Positions 50,529 to 60,846 are shown, counted from the stretch's first letter. The stretch is 64,000 nt of DNA from an uncultured delta proteobacterium (GCA_963706575.1 CAVPNL010000001.1:1-64000); one strand, 5' to 3'. Numbers and translations: made by a program. The notes: generated by a model from the letters alone, not told the origin.

Positions 50529-51806
50529 TTATGCTGAGGTTTTATCAAGGCTAACCAGTTGAATACAGACAGCGACGAGTTCCATGGCAACCTGGATATC
50601 GTCTAACGGCGGGAAAGACGGTGCGATGCGAATATTGCGATCCAGGGGGTCATTCTTATACGGGTAAGCCGAACCGGCGGGTGTCAGCTTAACGCCGGCG
50701 TCAGCGGCCTTTTTAATAACTGAAGCCGCACAGCCTTCCAGGGTATCAATGCTCACAAAATAACCGCCCTGCGGCTTGCTCCAGCTGGCGATATTTTTGC
50801 CTTTCAGTTCATTTTCCAGAATGCGTTGGACCGCGTCGAACTTTGGCTTTAAAATCGCGGCATGTTTTCTCATATGGGCCTCAATGCCGCCCATATCTTT
50901 AAAGAATAGGGTATGGCGCAACTGATTCAGCTTATCCGGTCCGATGGTTTGAAAGGCCATCTGGTTTGTGACCCATTGCATATTTTTTTGACTTCCGGCC
51001 ATGATCGCCAGACCGGCGCCGGCAAAAGAAATCTTTGAGGTTGATCCGAACATAAACGCGCGCTCCGGGTTGCCGGCCTGTTTGCAGGCTGTCAGGATAT
51101 TTTTTAACGGAGCCGGTTTGTCCGACAGATGATGTACGGCATAGGCGTTGTCCCAAAAAATTCTAAAATCAGCCGCCTGGGTCTTCATCTTCGCCAGACG
51201 CTCGACAACCTCGTCCGAATAGACCGCGCCGGTCGGATTGCTGTATTTGGGAACGCACCAAATACCTTTAATATCCTCATCTTCGGCAACCAGATCCTCA
51301 ACTGGGTCCATGGCGGGTCCGTTTTCCTGCATGTCGATGGATATCATCTCGATGCCAAGATATTCACAAATAAAAAAGTGGCGGTCGTAACCGGGGCTGG
51401 GGCACAGGAACTTCACCTTCGGTAATTGTCCCCAGGGTGGGGCACTGTCGCTCACACCCTTTACCAGGGCGCGTAAAATTGTGTCATGCATCATATTGAG
51501 GCTTGAATTTCCGGCCAGGATCAATTCATCGGGTTCAACACCCATGTAGTCGGCAAATAAAATTTTTGCCGCCGGAATACCGTCGAGCCCGCCATAATTA
51601 CGACAATCCAGGCCGTCTTGGGTTAAATAAGCTTTGCCGATATCGCTTTCCAGCATCCCCAGCGCCAGGTCCAGCTGCTCGGAACAGGGTTTTCCCCGGG
51701 TCATGTCCAGCGTAATCCGGCGGGACTGAAATTCACCATAACGCTGCAGCAATTCTTCTTTAATTTTGCGACGCTCCTGACCGCTCATTTTTTTAAAATC
51801 TGTCAT
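50529..51806 (-). CDS. PLP-dependent aminotransferase class I/II (aspartate aminotransferase type)
   Basis: LDMTRGKP, PGYDRHF, VPKYSNPTG, WDNAY, STSKI, NIRIAPS. Confidence 0.9.
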   Translation of the reverse strand: MTDFKKMSGQERRKIKEELLQRYGEFQSRRITLDMTRGKPCSEQLDLALGMLESDIGKAYLTQDGLDCRNYGGLDGIPAAKILFADYMGVEPDELILAGNSSLNMMHDTILRALVKGVSDSAPPWGQLPKVKFLCPSPGYDRHFFICEYLGIEMISIDMQENGPAMDPVEDLVAEDEDIKGIWCVPKYSNPTGAVYSDEVVERLAKMKTQAADFRIFWDNAYAVHHLSDKPAPLKNILTACKQAGNPERAFMFGSTSKISFAGAGLAIMAGSQKNMQWVTNQMAFQTIGPDKLNQLRHTLFFKDMGGIEAHMRKHAAILKPKFDAVQRILENELKGKNIASWSKPQGGYFVSIDTLEGCAASVIKKAADAGVKLTPAGSAYPYKNDPLDRNIRIAPSFPPLDDIQVAMELVAVCIQLVSLDKTSA

Positions 51807-52034
51807 TTTCAAAATCCTTTTTGCTGGTGTTTAATATGAGGACGCACGCACCTAAAAGCATTAGCCGTCTTCTATAACATTGGATAGAAAACGCATCAAC
51901 CCTGGAAGTAGCCAAACCGGATATCGTATTAAAAGATACTGTTGTCAGCATATAACGAGAACGAGTACGAGGACGATGCGAAGGCGTGTTACCTAACTTC
52001 GTCCTCGTCCTCGAAATCCGTATTTTTGAGATGC

Positions 52035-52778
52035 TTACTCGTAATTAACTTTCATGAGGGTAAGACCTTGTGCCGGAGCCGTCGCACTGGCCTGGCAACG
52101 ATCTTTCGAATCTAAAATACGCTTGAAATCATGGGGTGTTAATTTTTCAAGACCCACATCCACAAGCGTTCCGACGATGTTGCGAACCATGTATCTCAAA
52201 AATCCGTCAGCTTCGATTTGAAAGATCAACAATCCGTTGTCTTGCTCGCTAAGATCGGCTGAAAAAATGTGACGGTTCGTATGCTGTCTGGGGCTGCCGC
52301 TGCCCTCAAAGGCTTTGAAATCATGGCGGCCGATGATGTGGGCAATGGCGGCCCGCATTGCCTCATGGTTGAGTGCTTTGCGAATGAACCATGAATACTG
52401 GCGCCCGATAGCAGCCGGTAAGGATCGGTTTAGAATCCGGTAATGATAAACTTTGCTCCTGGCATCATAGCGGGCATGAAAGGATGCACTCACTGGCTCG
52501 CACCCTTTAATAACGATATCACTTTGCAGCAGATGGTTAAGACCGTTCATCAGGGTCTCGGGTTCCAACCGGGTGTTGCTTTTAAAATTGGCTACCTGAC
52601 CCTGGGCATGGACGCCAGCATCGGTGCGTCCCGACCCGATAAGCGTCACGCTGCGAGCCGTTATTGTTTTCAGGGTTTTTTCAATTTCGCCCTGAATGCT
52701 GCGGTCTTCTTTCTGACGCTGCCAGCCGTGATATCGGCTGCCATCGTATTCAATAATCAATTTAAAATTTCTTGTCAT
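52035..52778 (-). CDS. truA: tRNA pseudouridine(38-40) synthase TruA
   Basis: YDGSRYHGWQ, GRTDAGVHA, FLRYMVR, TAPAQGL. Confidence 0.96.
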   Translation of the reverse strand: MTRNFKLIIEYDGSRYHGWQRQKEDRSIQGEIEKTLKTITARSVTLIGSGRTDAGVHAQGQVANFKSNTRLEPETLMNGLNHLLQSDIVIKGCEPVSASFHARYDARSKVYHYRILNRSLPAAIGRQYSWFIRKALNHEAMRAAIAHIIGRHDFKAFEGSGSPRQHTNRHIFSADLSEQDNGLLIFQIEADGFLRYMVRNIVGTLVDVGLEKLTPHDFKRILDSKDRCQASATAPAQGLTLMKVNYE

Positions 52779-52797
52779 GGTTGGTCGGGTTTTATTT

Positions 52798-53007
52798 AAC
52801 CTAAGTTGAGCGATTGTCGAGGTTGCCGCAGCTACAAGGAAGATGCCGTTTCGCTATAGTAAACTATGCGGGACGGCATCTGACGCCGTAGATGCGGTAA
52901 GATCGGCGATCCCGCAGGGTTTCAAATTTTAAAAATTTAATCGATAGAATTCCTCAAGAATAAAGATGTTTTCCCATTTTTAAAATTTGAAACGCTCAAT
53001 TTAGGTT
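52798..53007. mobile_element. MITE-like 210-bp element
   Basis: AACCTAAGTTGAGCG / CGCTCAATTTAGGTT terminal IR (14/15); two internal long hairpins; no ORF. Confidence 0.55.
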
Positions 53008-53011
53008 TAAG

Positions 53012-53923
53012 TTAGATCAACAGGGCCACTGACAATGAGATAAATGATAGTATCGTCGAAAGCGCAATGGCGGCTGATGCCAGTTGAGTATCACTGCTTA
53101 ACTGGGAAGACAATATATAGAGCGCAGTAGAGGTCGGTAATGCGAAATAGATCATGCCGACCTTAAAGGAAATTCCGGTTGCATTAAAAATTTTTAAAAA
53201 TAGATAACCGATCATGGGAAGAAGGATGAGTTTGAATACGCAGGCAACCAGGGATAATTTTAAATGCTTTTTTATGCCGCCCAGGGTCAACGTTCCGCCA
53301 ATGGAAAACAGAGCCAGAGGCAGGGTAACAAACGCCGCCAGCCGAAAGGTGTTGTCGATGAAAATCGGAAATCCACCAATCAATTTCCAGTAGACGATAC
53401 CGGCCAGACAGGCGATGATCAATGGATTGGAAATCAACGCTTTGGCTGTAAGCTGTATGCGCTGCGGTAGCGATACTTTTTTCCCTGAATGCCAGGATAG
53501 GGTGGTCACGGCCAGAATATTGATGATCGGAATGATCAAGCCAATCAGAATACTGAACTGACGGGCGCCGTCTTCCCCCAATGCATTCAGAATGACGGCC
53601 ATTCCGATATAGGTATTGAAACGATAACAGCTCTGTGAAAAAGAACCGGCTTGATAGGCGGGCACGCTGAAGACCTTAATATAGAGGCTGCTGAATACAT
53701 ATACACTGATCACTGCACAGATCGCCGCTTTATAGAGACCGGGATCGCCGATCTGATCCGATGCGGCGGCACCAATCTTCCAAAAAAGCAGTGCCGGGAA
53801 AAAAATATAGTATATGAGCTTATCCGCTGTTTTTAAAAACGCATCATGGGTCAAGCCGACTCGTTTCAGCAGGTGGCCGAAGAGCAGCAGCACAAATACC
53901 GGAAAAAGATTGTTTAAAACCAT
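53012..53923 (-). CDS. AEC-family (auxin efflux carrier) transporter
   Basis: About 10 TM segments; YIFFPALLF, RFNTYIG, NPLII, LPTS. Confidence 0.9.
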   Translation of the reverse strand: MVLNNLFPVFVLLLFGHLLKRVGLTHDAFLKTADKLIYYIFFPALLFWKIGAAASDQIGDPGLYKAAICAVISVYVFSSLYIKVFSVPAYQAGSFSQSCYRFNTYIGMAVILNALGEDGARQFSILIGLIIPIINILAVTTLSWHSGKKVSLPQRIQLTAKALISNPLIIACLAGIVYWKLIGGFPIFIDNTFRLAAFVTLPLALFSIGGTLTLGGIKKHLKLSLVACVFKLILLPMIGYLFLKIFNATGISFKVGMIYFALPTSTALYILSSQLSSDTQLASAAIALSTILSFISLSVALLI

Positions 53924-53928
53924 TTGTC

Positions 53929-54114
53929 CTACAACCTGTCACAGGGGAAATTGCCGAGGGCTGTTTCAACATCCTCATCCAGCGAATCGGACAACCGTTT
54001 CACAGGAAACCGTTGGCTGCAGACCTTGCAGCGCAGGTACACATAAGGTCAGGCACGTTCAATCATGAGCGCATTGCCGCAATGCGGGCAGCGGGTGGAT
54101 TTTTTTTCAATCAT
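53929..54114 (-). CDS. Small dual-CXXC selenoprotein (UGA = Sec at codon 22), 61 aa
   Basis: Manual translation MIEKKSTRCPHCGNALMIERA-U-PYVYLRCKVCSQRFPVKRLSDSLDEDVETALGNFPCDRL*; TGA at 54049-54051; SECIS-like hairpin downstream; selA in window. Confidence 0.78.
54016..54032 (-). promoter_or_regulatory. Candidate bacterial SECIS hairpin
   Basis: GCUGCA-AGGUC-UGCAGC; loop begins 22 nt after UGA with G at loop position 2. Confidence 0.6.
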
Positions 54115-54372
54115 CTTTTTTCAATATTTAAAACTTTACCATCGGGTATTAAATGCATGTTTAAGATGGCTTCTCGTCATACGGCCTTTTCGCAACATCC
54201 CGGCAACGTAGCGAAAAGAAATCAGGATGTCAATTGATGTTGGTAAATAGCGGCTGGCGGACAGGCCGCTTGACATCTTTGTGGACAGCTGCCGGTTTTT
54301 TTTATATTATCATCGTCATTGAATTGTCTGCCTTTGTGCAAACCGTCAACCATCATCTTATGTGAGGACATC

Positions 54373-55545
54373 ATGTGTCTGGGCTTTAAATTTTCCGGAG
54401 TCGCCTCAGGATTGAAAAAGAATGGCCAAAAAGATCTTGGACTCATCTATTCCGAAACACCGGCAAAAGTCGCCGGCGTGTTTACCCGTAATCAAATAAA
54501 GGCCGCCCCGGTCCTGTTGGATATGCAACGGATCACCTCAGGTGCCTGTCAGGCGGTGATTGTCAACAGCGGTAATGCCAATTGCTGCACCGGCGCAAAA
54601 GGGATGCAGGATGCCATTTCAATGGCGCACTGGACGGCCGCAAAGCTGGATATTCCGGAAGAGCAGGTACTGGTGGCTTCCACCGGCGTAATTGGAGAAC
54701 CGCTTGCCGTTGAGAAGGTTCAAACTGCGCTTCCGAACCTTATCAATAGCCTGGATGCCGGTGGCGTATCGGCTCTTGCCGAGGCTATAATGACCACCGA
54801 TACCGTGCCCAAGGTCGTTACCCAAAAGAGGCAGTTGGATGGCACCACTTTTACGGTGACCGGGGTTGCCAAGGGCTCAGGGATGATTCGCCCGGACATG
54901 GCCACAATGCTGTGTTTTGTTATGACCGATATTGCTGCCGAGCCGCAGCTGCTCAAAGAGATGCTTTCGGCCTCAACGGACCGTTCTTTAAACCGTATTA
55001 GCGTGGACGGCGATACCAGCACAAACGATACCACGCTTTTGATGGCTAACGGCCAGTCCGGGATTGTGATCAACAGTGATGCCGCTAGAAAAGAATTTCA
55101 AGGCATCCTTGATGCGGTTTTGATGTCACTGGCCAAACTATTGGTCAAGGATGGCGAAGGCGCTACCAAACTGGTTGAGATCGCCGTGAAAGGGGCAACG
55201 TCAGATGCCGATGCCTATCAGATTGCCGATACGGTAGCCCATTCCAACCTTCTAAAGACAGCTTTATTCGGAGAGGACGCCAACTGGGGTAGAATCCTCG
55301 CGGCAGTCGGCCGGGCGGGGGTGCCGATTCAACCCGATGCAATCGATGTTTATTTTGCCGATGTGATGATGGTAAAAAACGGCAGGGGGTGCGGCAAAAA
55401 AGCCGAAGCCCAGGCCACCCGGATCCTCAAACAGCCGGAGTATGCCATAACGATTAATTTAAAGGCCGGCAAAGGAACATCTTCGGTGTTTACCTGTGAT
55501 TTTTCAATCGATTATGTCAGGATCAATGCCGACTATCGTTCGTAG
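54373..55545 (+). CDS. argJ: Bifunctional ornithine acetyltransferase/N-acetylglutamate synthase
   Basis: NSGNAN, STGVIG, IMTTD, KGSGMIRPDMATML, DGEGATK, NWGR, NADYRS. Confidence 0.96.
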   Translation: MCLGFKFSGVASGLKKNGQKDLGLIYSETPAKVAGVFTRNQIKAAPVLLDMQRITSGACQAVIVNSGNANCCTGAKGMQDAISMAHWTAAKLDIPEEQVLVASTGVIGEPLAVEKVQTALPNLINSLDAGGVSALAEAIMTTDTVPKVVTQKRQLDGTTFTVTGVAKGSGMIRPDMATMLCFVMTDIAAEPQLLKEMLSASTDRSLNRISVDGDTSTNDTTLLMANGQSGIVINSDAARKEFQGILDAVLMSLAKLLVKDGEGATKLVEIAVKGATSDADAYQIADTVAHSNLLKTALFGEDANWGRILAAVGRAGVPIQPDAIDVYFADVMMVKNGRGCGKKAEAQATRILKQPEYAITINLKAGKGTSSVFTCDFSIDYVRINADYRS

Positions 55546-55610
55546 CTTTTTTCAAATGCAAATCTTTTTCCCGGCAGCTTTGCGATATCGATCGGGGTGC
55601 TCTCACCAAT

Positions 55611-55730
55611 AAGTGAGCTAAAATTTAAAATGAGCTAAAATGCCTAAAGTTAATGAATTCTATTAATTTAAAAAAGACGGAGCGCAAGCGACACTACAAT
55701 TTTAGCTCATTTTAGCTCATTTTAGGCATT
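55611..55730. repeat. Intergenic palindrome with (AAATGAGCTA/AAATGCCTA) arms
   Basis: AAATGAGCTAAAATGCCTAAAG ... TTTAGCTCATTTTAGCTCATTTTAGGCATTT; shares internal TAAAAAAGAC with 32685-32810. Confidence 0.75.
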
Positions 55731-55803
55731 TTTTTTAAGTTGTTGTTAAGATCTAAGGATTTGAAAGCCAACTTAACTATCTTATTTCCTAAGTAACTGA
55801 CCT

Positions 55804-56505
55804 ATGACAGAGATGCGGCTGCAGAAGTTTCTTTCCAGAGCGGGCATATGTTCTCGACGCAAAGGCGAAGAATATATTAAAGCCGGTTGGGTAAAGGTTA
55901 ACGGAAAAATTGTCACCGAGCTTGGCGTAAAAGTTGATCCGGAGCGGGACGCTGTAGAAGTCGACAGTGATGCCATTCGATCCGATACCGCGCCGATCTA
56001 CATCGCGCTGAACAAACCCAGAGGTTATGTCTCCAGCTGTCATCAGCAAAATGAAAAAATCGTGCTTGATCTTTTGGATATTTCCGAGAGAGTCTATCCC
56101 GTTGGACGGCTGGACAAGGATTCAACCGGGCTTTTACTGCTGACCAGTGACGGCCAGCTGCACCACCGGATTTCGCACCCATCTTTTAACCACGAGAAGG
56201 AGTATGAAGTCACCGTAGCCAAACCGTTGCCCGAGGGAGCGCTGCGAAAACTGGCAAAGGGCCTGCCGATGATGGGGACGCGGACACGTGCGGCACGCGT
56301 CGAACGAATTTCCGCCAGACGCTTCCGGATTGTTTTACAGGAAGGCAAAAACAGGCAAATTAGACGGATGGTTCGAAAAGTGGGAAACCAGGTTACGCAT
56401 TTAAAGCGGATCCGAATCGCCAACATCAAGCTGGGTGATCTGCCATCAGGTCGCTGGCGGCACCTGACCGAAACAGAAACAGAAAACCTGCTAAAGGCGC
56501 TCTAA
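55804..56505 (+). CDS. rRNA pseudouridine synthase (RluB/RluF/RsuA family)
   Basis: S4 domain RLQKFL..AGICSRR, NKPRG, VGRLDKDSTGLLL, EGKNRQIRRM. Confidence 0.92.
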   Translation: MTEMRLQKFLSRAGICSRRKGEEYIKAGWVKVNGKIVTELGVKVDPERDAVEVDSDAIRSDTAPIYIALNKPRGYVSSCHQQNEKIVLDLLDISERVYPVGRLDKDSTGLLLLTSDGQLHHRISHPSFNHEKEYEVTVAKPLPEGALRKLAKGLPMMGTRTRAARVERISARRFRIVLQEGKNRQIRRMVRKVGNQVTHLKRIRIANIKLGDLPSGRWRHLTETETENLLKAL

Positions 56506-57036
56506 AACAAATTCAGTGCGTTCTTCAACGCTGAGCAACGGCACATGGATAATGTCATAACCCAGCGATTGATAACTTTCTTCGATTAACCGGCTCAGCC
56601 GCCGGGCTGTTTTTTCATTTTCGGAGCGTGCCGAGTCCGTCAAAAAACGGAGCCTTTCAAATAAAAATACATTTTGGTAGCGAACCTCAGCGCTCTTCTG
56701 AAACGGTTCGGCGGAGTCGAGCCCGTTCAGTTTGTAGTAAGCAATGCTGTCGGGTACCCCGCGATCAAAGAAAATAATTTCATCCCTTTTAAGCGTGGAT
56801 TCAATCCTGACCTTTTCCATCAGAATACGGCGTTCAAAGACCCATTCATCGGCTTTTATCTCCAGCAACGTCTTGCCCTTCATTAGTTCAGCATCGATAA
56901 AGGCACGCGCGACTTCGTGAACAACTTTATGCCCCCGCTGCTCCAGCATATGGATGACAGCTGTTTTGCCCGAACAGGGGGCGCCGGTGATCACAGACCA
57001 TCTCGTGGATTGCCGATGTGTGTTCTCAATTGTCAT
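56491..57036 (-). CDS. AAA_28/NadR-like P-loop ATPase
   Basis: ITGAPCSGKT, EVAR, FFDRGVPD. Confidence 0.85.
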   Translation of the reverse strand: MTIENTHRQSTRWSVITGAPCSGKTAVIHMLEQRGHKVVHEVARAFIDAELMKGKTLLEIKADEWVFERRILMEKVRIESTLKRDEIIFFDRGVPDSIAYYKLNGLDSAEPFQKSAEVRYQNVFLFERLRFLTDSARSENEKTARRLSRLIEESYQSLGYDIIHVPLLSVEERTEFVLERL

Positions 57037-57794
57037 ATCGCACTGGCGCCACCGTCTACCAGCAGCGTCTGGCCGGTAATAAAATCAGCACCGCTTGAGC
57101 ATAAGAATAGGGCTGGATGGGCGATATCGATCGGCTCCGCGATTCGGCCCAGCGGAATCGTTTTAACGATCGCTTCATGAAGATCCTTGTTTGACCAGAA
57201 GGGCTCACTGAAAGCTGTTCGCACCATACACGGGGCAACAGCATTAACCTGAACATTAAATGGGGCCAATTCCTGCGCCAGCACTTTGGTCATCATCTCG
57301 ATGCCGGCTTTGGCAATCCCATAAATTCCCATAGCGGGGGCGGACCTTCTGGCGGCGATTGAAGAAATATTCACAATTTTTCCGTTATGTTGGTCGCGCA
57401 TGATCTGTCCTGCTTTGCGGGAACATAGAAAATTGCCGTTGAGATTGGAATCAATAATTTTATTCCACAGGCCGGGGTCGGCATCCACCGCAGCGGTGAT
57501 GATGTTCATGCCCACGTTGTTAATCAGCCCGTCCAGTTTGCCGAAGCGGTCCAGCGTCTGATCAAAGAGGGCTTCGATTTCTTCATTTTTAGCAACATGG
57601 GCCTGAACCGCTAGAAGATTATCGTTAGCCCCGAGCTCTTGAACAGCCAAATCAAGACCTTCCTGCTTTCGGCCGCAGATGACGACGCTGGCCTTCTGTT
57701 CGAGCAGCAACCTGGCGATTTCGAATCCGATGCCTCTGCTGCCGCCGGTGACAATAAAAATCTGATTCTCAAGATTATAATTGATTGCGCTCAT
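57033..57794 (-). CDS. SDR-family oxidoreductase
   Basis: TGGSRGIG, NNVG, YGIAK; AAGGAGG RBS. Confidence 0.93.
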   Translation of the reverse strand: MSAINYNLENQIFIVTGGSRGIGFEIARLLLEQKASVVICGRKQEGLDLAVQELGANDNLLAVQAHVAKNEEIEALFDQTLDRFGKLDGLINNVGMNIITAAVDADPGLWNKIIDSNLNGNFLCSRKAGQIMRDQHNGKIVNISSIAARRSAPAMGIYGIAKAGIEMMTKVLAQELAPFNVQVNAVAPCMVRTAFSEPFWSNKDLHEAIVKTIPLGRIAEPIDIAHPALFLCSSGADFITGQTLLVDGGASAI

Positions 57795-58162
57795 GGTTCC
57801 TCCTTTTAGGTGCGTGACAGTTTGGCAGCCATATGTGTTACCCAAATTGATCTTAACAGAAAGGAAAACATCTGATCAATTGGCATCGAAGTGGTTTCAA
57901 GGCCCCAGATCAGGTTCCCCGCTTTAACGCGGGATTGCACGTCTTTATTTTAACACATTAATGTGTGCATCAAAGCCCCGCTGAAGCGGGGTTACAGGTC
58001 TAATCTAAATAGATAAAGGTATGCATCAAGGCACAGGTCGATCGATAAACTGCAATCCGCCACACATTCTGGCGGATGAGCATTTATCGTAGGCCGGTGC
58101 TGCACCCTGTTGAGACAACTAATGGGATGGGGCGGCGGGGAGATCGGCGTTTGAATCCACTG

Positions 58163-59977
58163 CTATTCAATATATACGGTCTGGCCGGGATAAATGGTGT
58201 CATCGGGCCATAATTTATTTAAAAATAGAAAACGCTTCAGTGGCATATTGTGTCTTTTGGCAATTAAGAACGGGCTGTCACCTGATTTTACCTGATAGGT
58301 GCCTAAACCGTCGACCTGCGGCGGCGTTTGTTTGTCGTCAAAGATGGTCAGGATTTGACCTTTGTGCAATGCGGTCGTTCTCAGATGATTGAGCTTCTGG
58401 ATGTTTTTGGTTGTCGTCCCGTATTGCTTGGCGATGGTCCATAGCGAATCGCCTTTTTTAACTGTATGGACAACACTGCGGCCGTACTTCGGCATTGGAA
58501 CTTTTGGCGGATTATATCGATAACCTCTCTGGGGTATTTTGAGTAATCGGCCGGCGACGATATAATTTGACCGACGCAAATCATTTGCCCGCATGATCAT
58601 TGAGACGCTGGTCCGGTATCGTTTGGCAATGAGTGAAAGGGTTTGGCCGGAACGGACGCGATGATAAACGTATGCACGCTGGGGCGGCGTCGAAACCGGT
58701 ATTTCATCCAGTTGAGTCAATAAAATGCTGCTTTTATACGGCGGGACCTTAAGCGGATAGCTGTCTTCCGGGGATATTTTATAACGCAATTCAGGATTCA
58801 GTTCGCTGAGTGAGTTTTCTTCAACCGCAATCGACCTGGCGACGTCTTTGAGATGCACCTGTTTGGCAATCGTTACCGTCTCATATTGCTGCGGCATATC
58901 CAGATCGCTTAAATTCATGCCATATTTTTCCGGGTTATCCAGAATATGCAGGGTTGCCAAAAATCTGGGCACATAGCGCGCGGTCTCGCGCGGCAGTCGC
59001 TCGTAAAGATCCCAGAAATTGTCCAGATAATTCACATTCTGGCGCCGGATGACATTCAATACTCTTCCTTCCCCGCAATTGTATGCGGCCAAAACAGTGG
59101 TCCAATCTCCGAAAATGGCGTGCAGCTCCTTGAGATAATCAATAGCGGCCCGGGTCGATTTTATGGGATCCATGCGCTCATCAATGAGCTTATCCCTTTT
59201 GAGCCCGAACTTATAGCCGGTAGACGGGATAAATTGCCATAAACCCAAAGCTCTGGACCGGGAAAGTGCCCTTACTTTAAAACCGCTTTCGATTAACGGC
59301 AGCCACGAAAGCTCTTCAGGCAGGCCGGCTTCTTCAAGGGCGGCGACAATATGCTGCCGGTATTGACCGGATCGCCGGTAGGATTCGATGAAAAAAATTC
59401 TTTCGGCGCCGATGGTAAAGCGATCAATTTCAGTCTGGACATGTTTATTCATTATCCGCGGTATTTCATTGTGACTTCCGTTCACAACGATATTGCGCGA
59501 GGCGTAAATTTCCAGGATGCGCTTTGATATCATAAAGCGCAGATCTTCTTTTTGCTGGATTAATTTGGTACGATCGGATGTGTCGGCGTTTAAAATCAAG
59601 GCGTATGCCTGATCCAGGGCGTCCAGGGCGTTTTCGAGTTCACCGTTTTGCCAGAAATCCTGGGAGACCTGACACAAATCAAGGGCTTCGTCCAGCAGGG
59701 TTTCAATCTTTTTGGTTACATCTTCTGTTTTTTCATCCTCATAAGAACCCAGTTCTTTTTCTTCCAAAACAGAGCCACTGATAATGGGCGGGGTGGTTTC
59801 GGTATTAGTGGTGTTGTCAAAATCGGCACCCTGATTTGGATTGCTTGAGAGGCTGTCAGAGGATTTAGCACTCTGATCACTGCTATTGTGGTACTCAGAA
59901 GTGTTTTGAAGTAAATGACCACAGCCCAAAATGAGGATCGATAAATAGCAAGAAAGAAAGAGTAAGCGTATTTTCAT
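58163..59977 (-). CDS. Lytic transglycosylase with three LysM domains (MltD-like)
   Basis: LGC lipobox, IESG, GLWQF, AAYNCG, ETARYV, LysM repeats. Confidence 0.9.
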   Translation of the reverse strand: MKIRLLFLSCYLSILILGCGHLLQNTSEYHNSSDQSAKSSDSLSSNPNQGADFDNTTNTETTPPIISGSVLEEKELGSYEDEKTEDVTKKIETLLDEALDLCQVSQDFWQNGELENALDALDQAYALILNADTSDRTKLIQQKEDLRFMISKRILEIYASRNIVVNGSHNEIPRIMNKHVQTEIDRFTIGAERIFFIESYRRSGQYRQHIVAALEEAGLPEELSWLPLIESGFKVRALSRSRALGLWQFIPSTGYKFGLKRDKLIDERMDPIKSTRAAIDYLKELHAIFGDWTTVLAAYNCGEGRVLNVIRRQNVNYLDNFWDLYERLPRETARYVPRFLATLHILDNPEKYGMNLSDLDMPQQYETVTIAKQVHLKDVARSIAVEENSLSELNPELRYKISPEDSYPLKVPPYKSSILLTQLDEIPVSTPPQRAYVYHRVRSGQTLSLIAKRYRTSVSMIMRANDLRRSNYIVAGRLLKIPQRGYRYNPPKVPMPKYGRSVVHTVKKGDSLWTIAKQYGTTTKNIQKLNHLRTTALHKGQILTIFDDKQTPPQVDGLGTYQVKSGDSPFLIAKRHNMPLKRFLFLNKLWPDDTIYPGQTVYIE

Positions 59978-60770
59978 CTGATTAGTTCCCGGTTCTGAAT
60001 TTTTTTTATTATATACCATTATTTATGAAGTTAGTAAAATAAAATTCAACAATATCCTTGGTTTGATTCATTTTCGCCTTTGAGTACCCGGTCCGCCAGG
60101 GCCGTCTGCGGACCGTTTGATTAAGTAAAATCGCAACCGCTATACTTTTGCAACCTGCTGCTATAATTTAGTATCGTCAATTTTAATAAAAACTTAACCC
60201 AAGGCCGGGGCGCCAATGCCGGGCAGCATTAGATTATGGCTGCCACCTTATCGAATTATGCGTATGTGCCAAATATTTTTGATAATTTGAATGGAAAATG
60301 CTTGAAAGTCCATGGGATTAAGCGTAATATTCTATTTTACTATATTTGTATTTAAATAGTAACGGTAGCGGTTATAAAAATTTTGTCAAATAAATTTGTA
60401 TATATTGCCTTTGGATGCGCTTGTTGAAAATTTTTTCAGGGTCGGATCATCACACCTTCAAACAAAGCCAATGAAAACTAAAATAAGGTCAAATATTTAA
60501 TCCATCCGCATTGGCTTACATATCCTGATCAAAATCCGTTTTCAATAATTAAGAATATTGTAAAATAAATTAAAAATATGAGAAATTAGGAGAAAAATTA
60601 AGATAAATAGCATAAATAACCTTATTTCTATCGATAAATGAATATATTTAGCTATAATCGAATTTGATATTTACAATAAAGATAACTAAATAGAGTAGTT
60701 TTAGGTGCAGGACATCACCTCATCCTAAATCAAAAAAAATTAAAATAATTTTAACGGGTTAAGTTGTTAG

Positions 60771-60846
60771 GCCAGCGTAGCTCAGCTGGTAGAGCAACTG
60801 ATTTGTAATCAGTAGGCCGTGGGTTCGAGTCCCTCCGCTGGCTCCA
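60771..60846 (+). tRNA. tRNA-Thr(UGU)
   Basis: Cloverleaf, anticodon loop TTTGTAA, GTTCGA, CCA end. Confidence 0.97.

Noticed and set aside
60020..60770. Hidden gene or ncRNA in the 750-bp AT-rich spacer before tRNA-Thr
   Set aside because: No convincing ORF or RNA structure seen; consistent with divergent promoter regions.
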